Shown here: positions 31,849 to 42,559 of the stretch, one piece after another
How the letters are laid out: each line of letters begins with the position of its first letter
Position numbering within the stretch: position 1 is the first letter of the stretch
Origin: a virus
DNA: 64,000 nt
IMG/VR virus record: IMGVR_UViG_3300033145_001096
Span: 650 to 64,649 of that record
Direction: 5' to 3' (one strand)
Position numbers and translations under genes: made by a program
The notes under the pieces: model-generated
Told to the model about the DNA's origin: nothing
Database searches by the model: none
The model's input: only the letters and a program-made list of their open reading frames with translations

Positions 31849-32690
31849 TTCTTTACCTTTCTTTTTTTAGCAAGTCTCTTCTTTTTTCTTTCTTCAAATT
31901 GCTCAGTCCATTCATAAGTAACAATAGCATCTTTTTCATTATATAGATTTCCTATTTTTTCTCTTAGTCCTGCATAAGGCACACAGTTAATATTAATATT
32001 TTCTTTTTCTTCTATATTAGAAAATATATCTTCTATTTGTTTTTCTATAAAATCTGGAAGATTAATTAGGTCGACAAGCATTTTTCTAACCTCGTAGTCT
32101 TCCTCCGTTTTTATTTCAGAAATTAAATTATCCGCCCGTTCGCATTTTATTTTTTTAGCAAGTTCTAAAGCTGGATTATATTTTTTTGGTTTAATTTTAT
32201 ATCTTTTGGGTTTCATCTTAGGACTAAATATTTTAACCTTATTATTTACTGACCATAAAATTTCCCAATCAGAATCGATAGTGACAAGAACTATTTCTTT
32301 ATCTTTATTATGACGAACTATGTAACTGGCTATATCATCCGCCTCCAGGTGTTCGCCCTTTACGACTATAAATTCAGTTCCTTTATTCAGATTGTTAAGC
32401 AGCTCGTTGGCTGTGTTGAATGTTTTTTTCCAATCAATATCCTCATAAGATTCTCTTAATTCTTTTCTATTAGCTTTATATTCTTCTGCATATTGTTTTC
32501 TCCATGATTTTAAAAAATCAGTTGCAAGATAAACAGTATCCTGTGGCTCCAAACCTATTTTACGAATACATGTAATTATTGAATTAAGTAATAAATAAGA
32601 AAAAGGCATATTCTTATATTTTCTCCATGCAAATATCGAAGTAAACACAAATACATTCCAGTCAAGCACAATTAATTTACCTTGTTCCAT
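31845..32690 (-). CDS. 5'-3' exonuclease / T4 RNase H-like flap nuclease
   Basis: LIVLD, YKANR, EADDIA, TIDSDW. Confidence 0.88.
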   Translation of the reverse strand: MEQGKLIVLDWNVFVFTSIFAWRKYKNMPFSYLLLNSIITCIRKIGLEPQDTVYLATDFLKSWRKQYAEEYKANRKELRESYEDIDWKKTFNTANELLNNLNKGTEFIVVKGEHLEADDIASYIVRHNKDKEIVLVTIDSDWEILWSVNNKVKIFSPKMKPKRYKIKPKKYNPALELAKKIKCERADNLISEIKTEEDYEVRKMLVDLINLPDFIEKQIEDIFSNIEEKENININCVPYAGLREKIGNLYNEKDAIVTYEWTEQFEERKKKRLAKKRKVKK

Positions 32691-33057
32691 TTTATATCCT
32701 TATTTTAATAGACATAATTTATATCATCTTTGTTTTTGGTTTTATACTATCAATAAATTTTTTAAATCTTATCGGATGTTTAGCTTTTTCAATCTCCTTT
32801 AAACTTGATATTTCTCTACAATCTATCCAAAGGCATTGATAACCATCATAGAGTATTCTATCCATTCCAAATCTATGGCACTTAGGGCATCTAAACATTT
32901 ATTTTCCTTTTGTTAATAAAAGGGTTTTCTGCTTTTGGATTAACTCTACACTCCCCACCCATTACTGTATATCGTATATATTTAGTATAATACCACTTAT
33001 CAATTTTATGGGATAATACGACTAATAAAACTAAACTTATTGTTAAAATTATATAAA

Positions 33058-33267
33058 TCATTTCTTCCTCTTCCTATTACGCAAACTCGCTAATCGTTTC
33101 TTTCTTTTCTTTACAGAAGGTTTCTCAAAACTTCTTCTATCTTTAAACTCTTTAAGCACACCTATATTTCTAATCATCTTCTTAAATTTTCGAAGTGCTT
33201 TATCGAAAGATTCTGGAGAAGAATTATCTCGATTATCAAGTAAAATTTTCTTGCCTTTAATTTTCAT
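33058..33267 (-). CDS. rpsU: Ribosomal protein bS21
   Basis: ESFDKALRKFKK..GVLKEFKDRRSFEKPSVKKRKK. Confidence 0.92.
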   Translation of the reverse strand: MKIKGKKILLDNRDNSSPESFDKALRKFKKMIRNIGVLKEFKDRRSFEKPSVKKRKKRLASLRNRKRKK

Positions 33268-33449
33268 AAATTATCCGATTCTTTTTTGAATATAGCAATT
33301 TCTTTTAATAACCCTTGTTGCAATTGTTTTGCTGTAACTATGCGTTTTCTGACTAATAATTTATTTATAGAACTTAATATTAATTTTACAAATGTAATTT
33401 CTCCATATTTTTGGTCGAATTTAATACATTTTTCTCTATAAGAGCTCAT
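33264..33449 (-). CDS. Hypothetical protein
   Basis: ORF coupled to rpsU. Confidence 0.6.
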   Translation of the reverse strand: MSSYREKCIKFDQKYGEITFVKLILSSINKLLVRKRIVTAKQLQQGLLKEIAIFKKESDNL

Positions 33450-33634
33450 AATATATCCTTTCTATTCGCCATCTGTTTCAGTAAAATCATCTACATCTCT
33501 ACCAAAAGTATCAGTTTTTATTAAATCGAAACAAGCAATATGATATTTATTATTATAACGAATAACATAAGCATCATCTTCATATATTCTTCCCTTGCAA
33601 TAATTACAATATCCTAAAGCCTCTCTATTCTCCT

Positions 33635-34051
33635 TCATTTCTTTTTTCCTTTCTTCCCCTTTAACAATTGATGATAATATGCCATTGTATTAAATAAAAT
33701 TCCCATCATAGCATTTTCTATTCCTTCTCTGCTTTTAAATCCTCTATGCTCAAGCCACATATCAAAAAAGTGGCGATATAAACTTTTCATACACACATCA
33801 AAATGATTTTCCCCAAATCCTTTTTGCCAATTATCCCCATCTCTTAAACTACCATCAGGTAATTTTCTATTTCGATGCATATATTCAGCGTATTTTAAAA
33901 GAACTTCTGGAGATAAAAATGCTTCAAAATCTAATTTATCTTTCGTGGTGTCCCTGGATGCCCCCGTTGAAAACTTCCTTATAACTCCTGTATCAATTGT
34001 TTTTTTCTTTTTAGACATTTCCGCTTGCCCCTTCCATTGATTTTTTATCAA
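33635..34051 (-). CDS. DUF5664-like (dATP/dGTP diphosphohydrolase-related) protein
   Basis: RKFSTGASRD...K.D...LSP...Y...NWQKG...SLYRH. Confidence 0.65.
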   Translation of the reverse strand: MIKNQWKGQAEMSKKKKTIDTGVIRKFSTGASRDTTKDKLDFEAFLSPEVLLKYAEYMHRNRKLPDGSLRDGDNWQKGFGENHFDVCMKSLYRHFFDMWLEHRGFKSREGIENAMMGILFNTMAYYHQLLKGKKGKKK

Positions 34052-34337
34052 TATTTTTAATTATTTCATAAATTTTTCTCGCTCTCGAAACTCGAAGACT
34101 TATAAAGTGGTCAAGAATCCTTTTGCAATTCTTACAAATTTCAAAAACTTTAACTTCTTCTTTACGCTTTTTCACTTTACTCATTAAATTTTGTAAATAC
34201 TCAGCTTGGTTATTATAATATTGTTCTTCTTCTTTCGCTAAATTTTCTGTAATTGTTTCTAAAATAGAGAAAGTAAATTTTGAGTCTCCTTCTTTAATTA
34301 GATTGTTGCATAAATCACAATACAAAACGTATGACAT
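34011..34337 (-). CDS. Hypothetical zinc-binding protein
   Basis: CDLC...ICKNC. Confidence 0.6.
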   Translation of the reverse strand: MSYVLYCDLCNNLIKEGDSKFTFSILETITENLAKEEEQYYNNQAEYLQNLMSKVKKRKEEVKVFEICKNCKRILDHFISLRVSRARKIYEIIKNIDKKSMEGASGNV

Positions 34338-34352
34338 AATTTATCCCTTCTT

Positions 34353-34967
34353 TTATTCCTTTGGTTCTTCTTTTTCTTTTAAACTTACAGTTTTTTTACA
34401 TTTGCTTAATTTATACATATAAATCTTTTCTTCTATTAATCTAAAAATCCCTTTAATAAATTGAGTAATCAAAACCCTCAAACTTTGGATTTTTCTATCA
34501 TATCTAATGGCAATATAATCTGTTAACTGTTTTTTATTATCAAATAATCGTCCACCAGAATCTTCTACAAGAAACAATGCCCATTTAGAAAGTTTAATTT
34601 TTGATTCTGACCAAACAAGATATATAGGTTTATGTAATCTCCACGCTTCAGCCATCTCATGTATTGTGCCAGTAGTCTTTATATCTGGAAATAAATGCAC
34701 TATAATAAAATCACTTTTATGAACCATCCTTAAATCTTTTGCCACTATTCTTTTAAAATTGTCTTTAAATATTTTATAGTTTCCAGAACAAATCCATCCA
34801 TTGAATTTTTCTTGTGCCTCTACAACAGTCATGTTTGTTACTAATGGCTCAGTTTTGCATGGGTCTTGAATATATATGCCAGCTTCATCTAAAGCAGGAG
34901 TCATAGCATCTCTCCAAGCAACTCCACCATCTTTTTTAGCGAATTCAATTGCACCTGCTACCGTCAA
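34353..34967 (-). CDS. Nucleoside 2-deoxyribosyltransferase-like protein
   Basis: AGAI...WR...DP...DL..V..SD.IIV...GTIHE.AEA...KPIY; true start probably slightly upstream. Confidence 0.7.
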   Translation of the reverse strand: MTVAGAIEFAKKDGGVAWRDAMTPALDEAGIYIQDPCKTEPLVTNMTVVEAQEKFNGWICSGNYKIFKDNFKRIVAKDLRMVHKSDFIIVHLFPDIKTTGTIHEMAEAWRLHKPIYLVWSESKIKLSKWALFLVEDSGGRLFDNKKQLTDYIAIRYDRKIQSLRVLITQFIKGIFRLIEEKIYMYKLSKCKKTVSLKEKEEPKE

Positions 34968-35001
34968 AGGTAGGTATAGAATAATTTAAATTTCGCTATA
35001 C

Positions 35002-35514
35002 CTAACATTTGGCATCACCTCCTTCAATAATTTCAGGAACAGTTTTCCAAAGTTTTCCATATATATTTTTAAACCAATTCATATAATCTTCAACCAATCC
35101 TTTTTCGACAAGATAATTATAAGTTTTACTATGAAATTTTCTATGCCCGCCGTTAGAAAAAATCATAAAATTTTCTAATATATCATTTTGTTTGTTATTG
35201 TCTTTGTGGTGGATATGCTCTTCAGATTTTAATTTTTTTCCTATTAAACGTTCTATAATATATCTATATGCATATTGAACTTTTCCATTTAAAGATAACA
35301 CAAATCTTCCACAAGAACTTAAATGAATTCCTTTATAATTATGAGGTTTATTTCCTTTTTTAAATTCTGTTTTAGGAGAAAAGCGTTTACCTTTCATGGA
35401 AATGTTCATACATTTAACACTACAAAATTTTGCAGTGTTTTTTCGATATGAATAAATTTCCATTTTTGTCTTACAAATTTGACATTCTTTTATAATTTTC
35501 ATTCTATTTGACAC
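35002..35514 (-). CDS. HNH endonuclease
   Basis: EHIHHKDNNKQND..EN...H...H. Confidence 0.8.
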   Translation of the reverse strand: MSNRMKIIKECQICKTKMEIYSYRKNTAKFCSVKCMNISMKGKRFSPKTEFKKGNKPHNYKGIHLSSCGRFVLSLNGKVQYAYRYIIERLIGKKLKSEEHIHHKDNNKQNDILENFMIFSNGGHRKFHSKTYNYLVEKGLVEDYMNWFKNIYGKLWKTVPEIIEGGDAKC

Positions 35515-35544
35515 CTGAATTTACCTTTCTATTCATATTCTCCA

Positions 35545-35916
35545 TTATTCCACATCTCCATTGGCGATTATTTTAATATTTTCGTATTTTGCTATTTCAT
35601 CATCATAACTATCCATAAGTTCCTCTATCAAAAAATCCCCTATATCATTAATATACAATCTTCTTTTAATCTCTTTAGCACATCTAACCAAACATCCTGT
35701 CATATCATTGTAACGTTGATAATTCGGGTGCTCTCCAAGAAAATTTTCGACAAAAGTTTTTATACAATATTTATTAGTTGCTGCTTTACAAGCACTATTA
35801 ATACAATAATGTTTAACATAATAAAATATTTGGTAATTCAATTCCCCTGCTGTTAGTGCAGGTTCCCTATTTCTTAATTCTTCTCTACGACCATCGTCAG
35901 ATTTGATATAGGGCAT
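35545..35916 (-). CDS. Conserved phage protein (MPYI...GELNY family)
   Basis: MPYIK, AGELNYQI, YRRR-like EIKRR, YENIKI..NGDV. Confidence 0.6.
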   Translation of the reverse strand: MPYIKSDDGRREELRNREPALTAGELNYQIFYYVKHYCINSACKAATNKYCIKTFVENFLGEHPNYQRYNDMTGCLVRCAKEIKRRLYINDIGDFLIEELMDSYDDEIAKYENIKIIANGDVE

Positions 35917-35933
35917 AAAATTATCTCCTATTT

Positions 35934-36829
35934 TTATACTTTCTTTATTAATTCTATATTTGATTCTTTAAATTTAACTATTCTGTAATTACAAACACTT
36001 GATGAACATAATCTTAATCTAACTTCATATAAAACATATTCATTGCTACCATCTTCATAAAGAACAAAATCTTCTAATGTTCCTGTGCAATCTTCAAAAA
36101 AACCACCTTTAATTCTTACCTCATTTCCATATTTAAACATTATTCTTTCTCCTTTTTAATAACAGTATAATATTTTGTCCATTTAGTTCCATAACGATTA
36201 CTTTTATCAGGTATATTCTTCTTCTTTCCTTCAATTAACTCATCTCGTATCAACTTTCCCAAAGCACCAATATACTCTTCTCCTAATTCTGATTTTATTA
36301 ATGCAGCAGTAATATCTACTTTTCTTGTATCAATATAATCATATAATCTTAGTTCTTTTTCTGAATAAATTTCTCTATTCATTTTTTTCTCCTCTTTTTT
36401 CATATTTTCTTGCATAATCGTCTAAACTCTCTATAACTGCTCTTCTTATTAAAGAGTCAGTGCATCTCTTTCTTTTAAAGTGATTTTTTATTAAACTTTT
36501 TTCTTCTTTATTTAGGGTTACTTCTATTAAAACTTCTTCTGTCTTTTTATCTTCTTTAAGAAATTTAACTTTCATTTTTATATCCTTTTACTTTATTATA
36601 GCATAATTTCAATAGTTCAGTCAAGTAAATAAACGAATTTGTTAAATTAATTTTCGGTTGATGTTTTTGCGTCTTCGAGGTCTTCAAATAAACGGTCAAC
36701 TTCATTTAAAAGTAATTCAAGAATAAGGTCTCTCTTTTCTTTTTTGTTTTCTTCCCTAACTAATTTTATACACCTACTTACACGCTTCAAATCATGTAAC
36801 AAACGATTATAATCTTTACCTAATAACAT
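35934..36829 (-). other. Four small hypothetical CDS (35934-36140, 36140-36415, 36375-36575, 36647-36829)
   Basis: ORF track. Confidence 0.55.
36595..36640 (-). promoter_or_regulatory. Phage promoter, conserved family (TTGACT-18-TATAAT)
   Basis: -35 36619-36624, -10 36595-36600, upstream TTCGTTTATTTAC. Confidence 0.85.
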
Positions 36830-36993
36830 AATTTACCTCCCAGCTTGTTGAGCTATAATTATATTTCTGCAATTATTACAAACTAATACTCTCATTACTT
36901 TGCCAGAAGAGTTGCCTCTTGCTGTTATTATAGTAAGATATTGCCTCGGTAAAGTTAGATGGCATCTATGACAGGTTCCGAAATTTGGCATAA

Positions 36994-39812
36994 CTATTCC
37001 TTTCGTATAAAGTTACAGATTGCGGTAGCTATATGTAAAAATGTTATCCTTGTGTTTATATCCATTAAGCCTTTGTTCTCTTTTTTTATCAACGCTGCAA
37101 CTGAATCCTCTATTATATTTAATACTTTATTATTATCAACCCTATCCAACTTAGCTTGGAGTTGTTCTACTGCTTGACTACACCCTGCTACAATAGCTCT
37201 TTCAGAAGGAGAGGGGTAGGCATCTTTTTTATAATTCCATTTAGGGTGAGCTTTAATTTTTTCACAAGCCTTTTTCATTTCCCTATGAGACCAAGTATCA
37301 TATCTAACATCATCTTCGTATGCCTCTTTATATGTTATAGGAGAAGTTTTATTCCCATAACCATCATCTTCACCACCGAGATATAAATAAACAAGGTCTT
37401 TCAACTTATCCCGCTCTTGGATTGCTTTGGCGAGGATTGAAGTGCAAAGGTCTATTGACTTATTATATGTATAGATATGACATTCTTTAATATACGGGCA
37501 ATTTTTACATTTTTCTTTGTAGTAAGATTTGCCACAACATTCTTTCTCAGGCAACATATCCCCTGCTTTCTTCTGAGCTTCAAGAGCGTCTGCTCCTGCA
37601 ATACAAGCATTATATTGTTCTTCTGTTGCCCATTGTTTATCCATTAAAATACTACTTAATTCTTTCAACACTTCTATATTATCCATTATCTTGTTCTCCT
37701 TGAATTTAGGGTTGGTCTTTAATTTATGTTATTGTTATGGGCGTAAACAATCTTCTCTGCTTGTTCTTTTGAAAGTGGAGAAGCAGCACCAATAATAATA
37801 GCGTTTTTACCTGTAATGATACCCCAATGTCCATCATCTAATACATCTGAAACATACCATTTACTCATTCTATTTCTCCTTTAAGTGGGTAGTAATCTAT
37901 TTCCGCATACAGGGCAATACTTATATCTCTTATTCCATAAGTTTGCCATTCCTCTATTGACCTTATAATGATGAGAAGTAACATCCCATCTCCATATTTC
38001 ACAGCACTTCTTCTTTCGCTTCATCACTTACTCCTTATCAGTTCTGGTAGGTTGTCTGCGAGGGCTTGAGCTAAGTCCGTTAATGCTACCCCTAAATCAT
38101 TTAACATATATCCAGTCCCATCGCAACGGCTACAACCATCGACACAACATTGCGTTCTGTAAGTTTGTGATAGACCTTTTTTATGAAGAAAGCTAAATAT
38201 AGTATATTCTGTTTTTTTCACGTTTAACTTTATTAATAACTCCCCGATTTGTTTGATAATAGAATTACAAGCCTTTAACTCACTTGACATTGGTTTACCA
38301 CAACTTGCACATATATTAGAAAAGGAATGAAAATTTGTTAATAAGGCAGGTCTATTACCGTCATCATAACATTTACATCTTTCCTTCTCTTTTGGAAAAT
38401 TCTTAAGCTGGTTTAGTTTCATCACTTACTCCTTATCTTGCGGTTTGATTGCTTTACCCGAAAATATACTTTAGTAGAGCTATCGCTACTAACCCGTATA
38501 GAATAAATCCCGCTACTCCGAAAGTAACATTATATGTTGTCTTCATATCTCCCTCTCTTTGTCTTTGATAGCTTGGTAATACTCATAATGATTATTGCAT
38601 ACAGGTTCATGATTACAACACATTTCTGGTAAATCATCTACAAACATATATTTACAGGTAGAACAATTTCTTTCTTCTCTCCCTATCCTACCTCGCAAGG
38701 CTTGGAAACAGAGGTCTATTGCGTCATTAAAAACCCTATTTTGTCCGTAATGGTCAAACATACCAATAACTTTCTTTTCAGGCAACATCTCCCTAAGTTC
38801 CGCATCAGAGAGAATGTAGTATTCTTTGAGGGCGGAGAGGGCTTCTTTCTTCCCCTTTATTGCAAATCCTCCAGGTGCTCCATATATAGCGCTTATTGTT
38901 AAACTATCTAATATCTGTTCAGGTGTTTGTTTCATCATTCCCCCTTTATTAGTTTTCGGATTTCAGCTTTAGCCTTATTGTAACCTATGTCTAAACCTCT
39001 TTCTTCTTTGCCATGACTATCATTATCATATCTATTCTTCCCCACAACCCTCAAGAACAATTCATGAATAGCTGTGGTGGCTTGGTTAAACTCTTGACAG
39101 ACACAACCACTTTCAGTGCATTTCATACAAATCGTATCTCCTAATATCTTCTCAAGTTCTTTTTTCATTTTATCCCCATAAATTCTTTTAGTTTAGCTTT
39201 TAATATTTGACAGGGAATTAATCCTGTATTCTGTTCTATTGCCCACTTCGCAAACTTGAGAGAGGCGAGGGCATTTTTATCATAAAATAACAAAAATCCA
39301 TCTTCTATCTGTGCTTCCTTTTGTTCGAATATTTCTATTGCCTCATCTATCCGTTTAATTATTTGTTTCATATTTTTAGCTCCTTATTACAAATCCTTTT
39401 AATTAACAAAAGTGTTTATTAACTATCTTTACCATTTCTTCTATCTCTACGATACATTTCTATTTCTTCTAATAAAAAGTTTAATGTCTTATTTAAAGAT
39501 TTAATATGCATTATTATAATTATATCACAAGTCATTATTGCTCCGCAGATACCTATTACCGACACTATAAGCACAATTAATTGAGTCCAGGATAACATTT
39601 TAACTCCTTATTGGAAATTTATTATTTAGATTTGGATTTCCAATTATTTTTGCTATATTTTTATATTCATTAAACTCTCGTATATCTTTTATTCTTTGGT
39701 TTTTCTCTAATATAGGGAAAATAAGATACTCCAATATTAATAATATAAACCCTGCTCCTATAAAATATCCAATAACAAATGCAATAAGATTCATTCTTTT
39801 CTCCTTCTTCAA
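36994..39812 (-). other. Mosaic cluster of small/variable hypothetical CDS (36994-37686, 38024-38425, 38543-38938, 38935-39168, 39165-39371, 39600-39812 and smaller)
   Basis: ORF track; shared peptide modules and a duplicated junction sequence. Confidence 0.6.
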
Positions 39813-39814
39813 AT

Positions 39815-40489
39815 TTAAAATCTTAACGTAAAGTAGGCAATTACCCTTTTATCAACAAGAAAATTATTATATCCTGTGCCTACACCTATTCCAACGGCGG
39901 AATTTTTTAGACCTATATTATCAAGCTTATAAGACACACCTAAAGGATACAAACCTTTAGTAGTAATGAAACTATCAAGTCGTATCTTCCACGCTTTAAA
40001 CCACGAAATTCCTATTCCCCCTTCTCCAGCTATAGTTCCATCTGTTCCTATACTTCCTCCTACCACTGCAATCGGTTCCAAAATAAATCCGAAAGGTTTG
40101 AGCTGTTTACGAAGGGTATCTAAATCTTTTGCCTTTAATCTTTTTAAAATTTCTCCTTCTGGAGTTCGGATTGTAACGACCCCATTTTCATCAATATTTA
40201 AAAAATTGCCGTCGTGAAGCTTAATATTAGCTTCTTTATATTCTCCTAAATCAATTTTTAAACTCTGATTGATTTTGCCTTTCCAATATCCATACCCAAA
40301 TATCGCTCCTATAATTAAAGCAAATATAATTAACTTCCGCACGTTGAGAAGTGAGGAAATGTCTTTGCCCCAGTCTTTAGGAGAAAATAAGCTAAACATT
40401 CCTGATACAAATTTACTTATAGAGAAGGGTTCTCTTTCTTTTATTTCTGTTATTTTATATTTTTTTCCGATACTTGAATTAGTTTTCAT
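39815..40489 (-). CDS. Membrane protein with one TM and a C-terminal beta-strand region ending in Phe
   Basis: LIIFALIIGAIFGYGYW; alternating Gly/aromatic strands; ends AYFTLRF. Confidence 0.55.
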   Translation of the reverse strand: MKTNSSIGKKYKITEIKEREPFSISKFVSGMFSLFSPKDWGKDISSLLNVRKLIIFALIIGAIFGYGYWKGKINQSLKIDLGEYKEANIKLHDGNFLNIDENGVVTIRTPEGEILKRLKAKDLDTLRKQLKPFGFILEPIAVVGGSIGTDGTIAGEGGIGISWFKAWKIRLDSFITTKGLYPLGVSYKLDNIGLKNSAVGIGVGTGYNNFLVDKRVIAYFTLRF

Positions 40490-41709
40490 ATTTTTCTCTC
40501 CAGTATTGTTAAATTTTTGAGATATTTTTCTGTTCTTTTTAATCCTCGTGAAGTTAAAGTTAACATTTTATTTTTTAATTTATAATCATATTTTGGATTT
40601 AGTTTTAACCCTTCAACACAAAAAATTACAGTCCCTTCTTTTGGAGATTCTGTTAATGTCCAAGATTTATTTTTCATATTTTCATCTCTTTTTTATTATT
40701 AAATCAAATAATTTTGAATCTATATTATGTATCTTTAAATTATATTTTTCACGAATTGCTCTAAATTCACCTATCAAGTTTAATTTTCTTTTTCTCAACC
40801 TTATTATTTTATCTAACTTCTTCTTAGTCACTTCTTTTCTCCTTTTAAAAATCAGATTCATCCGCACATAATTCTATCATATCTGGGTTTGCTCTCACAG
40901 AAGGCTGTTCTTCTTTTTTAACATCCTTTGACTTATAATCTTCTATTAATTTAACAATTTCTTTTACTTTTTTTATAGATTCTCTTTTTGCATTACAACC
41001 TAAACATTCGTTTGTAAATTTAAAAACAATTACATTATCTATCATTACGTTGTAAATAGTATAAAAATTTTTTTGTATTTCTGGTTTTATATATATTTTA
41101 CTAATTAATTCAGGATTAACATATAAATCTTCTTTTATTTTAAGCATTGAAAATCTCCTTTATACATCTATTTCCACATTTTGGACAAATAAGTATAGTT
41201 TCTAAATCAACTATAAAGAGAGTTATTTCGCCTTTATATTTACAATTTACACAAATTACATTTGGAATTTTTCTCATAATTTTTCCCCTCTACTTTGAGA
41301 TTTCTCTAAAACACTCATTATAATATCTCCTCCATCGTATAACCCTAATTTATGTGCAATTTTGTTTAAAAATTGTAACTGTGTATAAGTATCATATTGT
41401 CTTTGAACAAGGTGAGGTAGTTTTTTTATTATCTTTTCGATAGTTTTATCTCTATTCATTTCCTACCACCTTTTTCAATGTTATTGTTTTAAGATATATT
41501 TCTAATTTTGGGAATTTCTTATGAAAAAAAGAAGAGCGAGCCTTTCCAGCTTTCTCAGCTTTCAAACTCGCTTTATATAATCGTTTATAAATTCTCTCTA
41601 ATTTTCTTAAAACATGTTGTCGTTCTACTATTCTATGAGATTTATAATGTTGTTCTTTCAAAGGAGAGCTTCCCCCATTCAATCTCTTACATTTCATTTT
41701 AAGTCCCAT
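40486..41709 (-). other. Five small hypothetical CDS (40486-40677, 40682-40867, 40845-41147, 41274-41459, 41452-41709)
   Basis: ORF track. Confidence 0.55.
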
Positions 41710-41748
41710 ATATCCCCCTATGTTTAGTATCTTTTATCTTTCTAATTC

Positions 41749-41790
41749 ATTATATCACATTTAACATACCTGAGTCAAGTAAATAATAGA
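41749..41790 (-). promoter_or_regulatory. Phage promoter, conserved family (TTGACT-18-TATAAT)
   Basis: -35 41773-41778, -10 41749-41754, TGA extension. Confidence 0.85.
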
Positions 41791-41880
41791 TTTATTTAAA
41801 ATAAGTTTTAAATCTCTTTTTTCAATTTGCCCCACCCTATATGGATACAGGCGAAGCCTAAACATAAATTAATGCAATTA

Positions 41881-42036
41881 AGAGGTTTATCCTCTTTTCT
41901 ATATACGTTATTGTTCTTTAATAACGTATATAATAATATAATATTACGAACGTTTACGTTCGTAATAATAAAGTAAAGTATACTCTTTATTTATATATAT
42001 AAAGATACTTAATAACTTTATTATGTCTTTAATAAA
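41881..42036. repeat. Cluster of perfect inverted repeats in an AT-rich intergenic region
   Basis: 13-7-13 at 41900-41932; 12-2-12 at 41942-41967; 7-6-7 at 42017-42036; 5-5-5 at 41881-41895. Confidence 0.9.
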
Positions 42037-42073
42037 ATTACTAAATAATGTTAATATATACTCTTTATATATT

Positions 42074-42559
42074 TTATAAGTATAAATCAAAATATTTATC
42101 TTTCATTTCCCTTTTAACATATTTTTCCAATTGTAGCTTATCAATATCTGGTTCTCCCATGAATCCAAAACCCATTAACATTCTTCCATAATCTTCTTTT
42201 GGAATTTTAACAACTCCTTCTAATTTCATTTTAGTAGCATTTAAAAACCAATGTTCTTTATTACAAATTCCATCGTCAAGCAGTTGAAAGTCATTACAAT
42301 TTTTTCTAATTTTTTTATCTTTTAAAAGTTTCTTTCTTGTTTCTATAGGATTTATAGGAGCTTCTGAAGTAGAGTAAACATATAAATCTTTACATCTTTT
42401 AATTAAAATTATAGACCTTAAAGAATGTCTCCAATTATCAGTTACACAAATCCTTGCATTACGTTTATCTTCTCCTTTTCTTAAATAATAAGGTATATTA
42501 GGATTAAATTCATTTTCTTCATTAAGATATTGAGTAGTTACATGATACCAAGTTTTCAT
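42074..42559 (-). CDS. Hypothetical protein
   Basis: ORF; WYHVT...RICVT...E.W pattern. Confidence 0.6.
   Translation of the reverse strand: MKTWYHVTTQYLNEENEFNPNIPYYLRKGEDKRNARICVTDNWRHSLRSIILIKRCKDLYVYSTSEAPINPIETRKKLLKDKKIRKNCNDFQLLDDGICNKEHWFLNATKMKLEGVVKIPKEDYGRMLMGFGFMGEPDIDKLQLEKYVKREMKDKYFDLYL

Noticed and set aside
33635-34967. Modified-base genome (2-aminoadenine or 7-deazaguanine pathway)
   Set aside because: No PurZ, QueC/D/E, FolE or DpdA-like gene recognised in this window; a DUF5664-like gene alone is insufficient.
41900-41932. Literal loxP similarity (ATAAC/CGTATA words)
   Set aside because: Arm orientation is reversed relative to loxP and the words are AT-rich; only the general 13-7-13 layout is kept as evidence.
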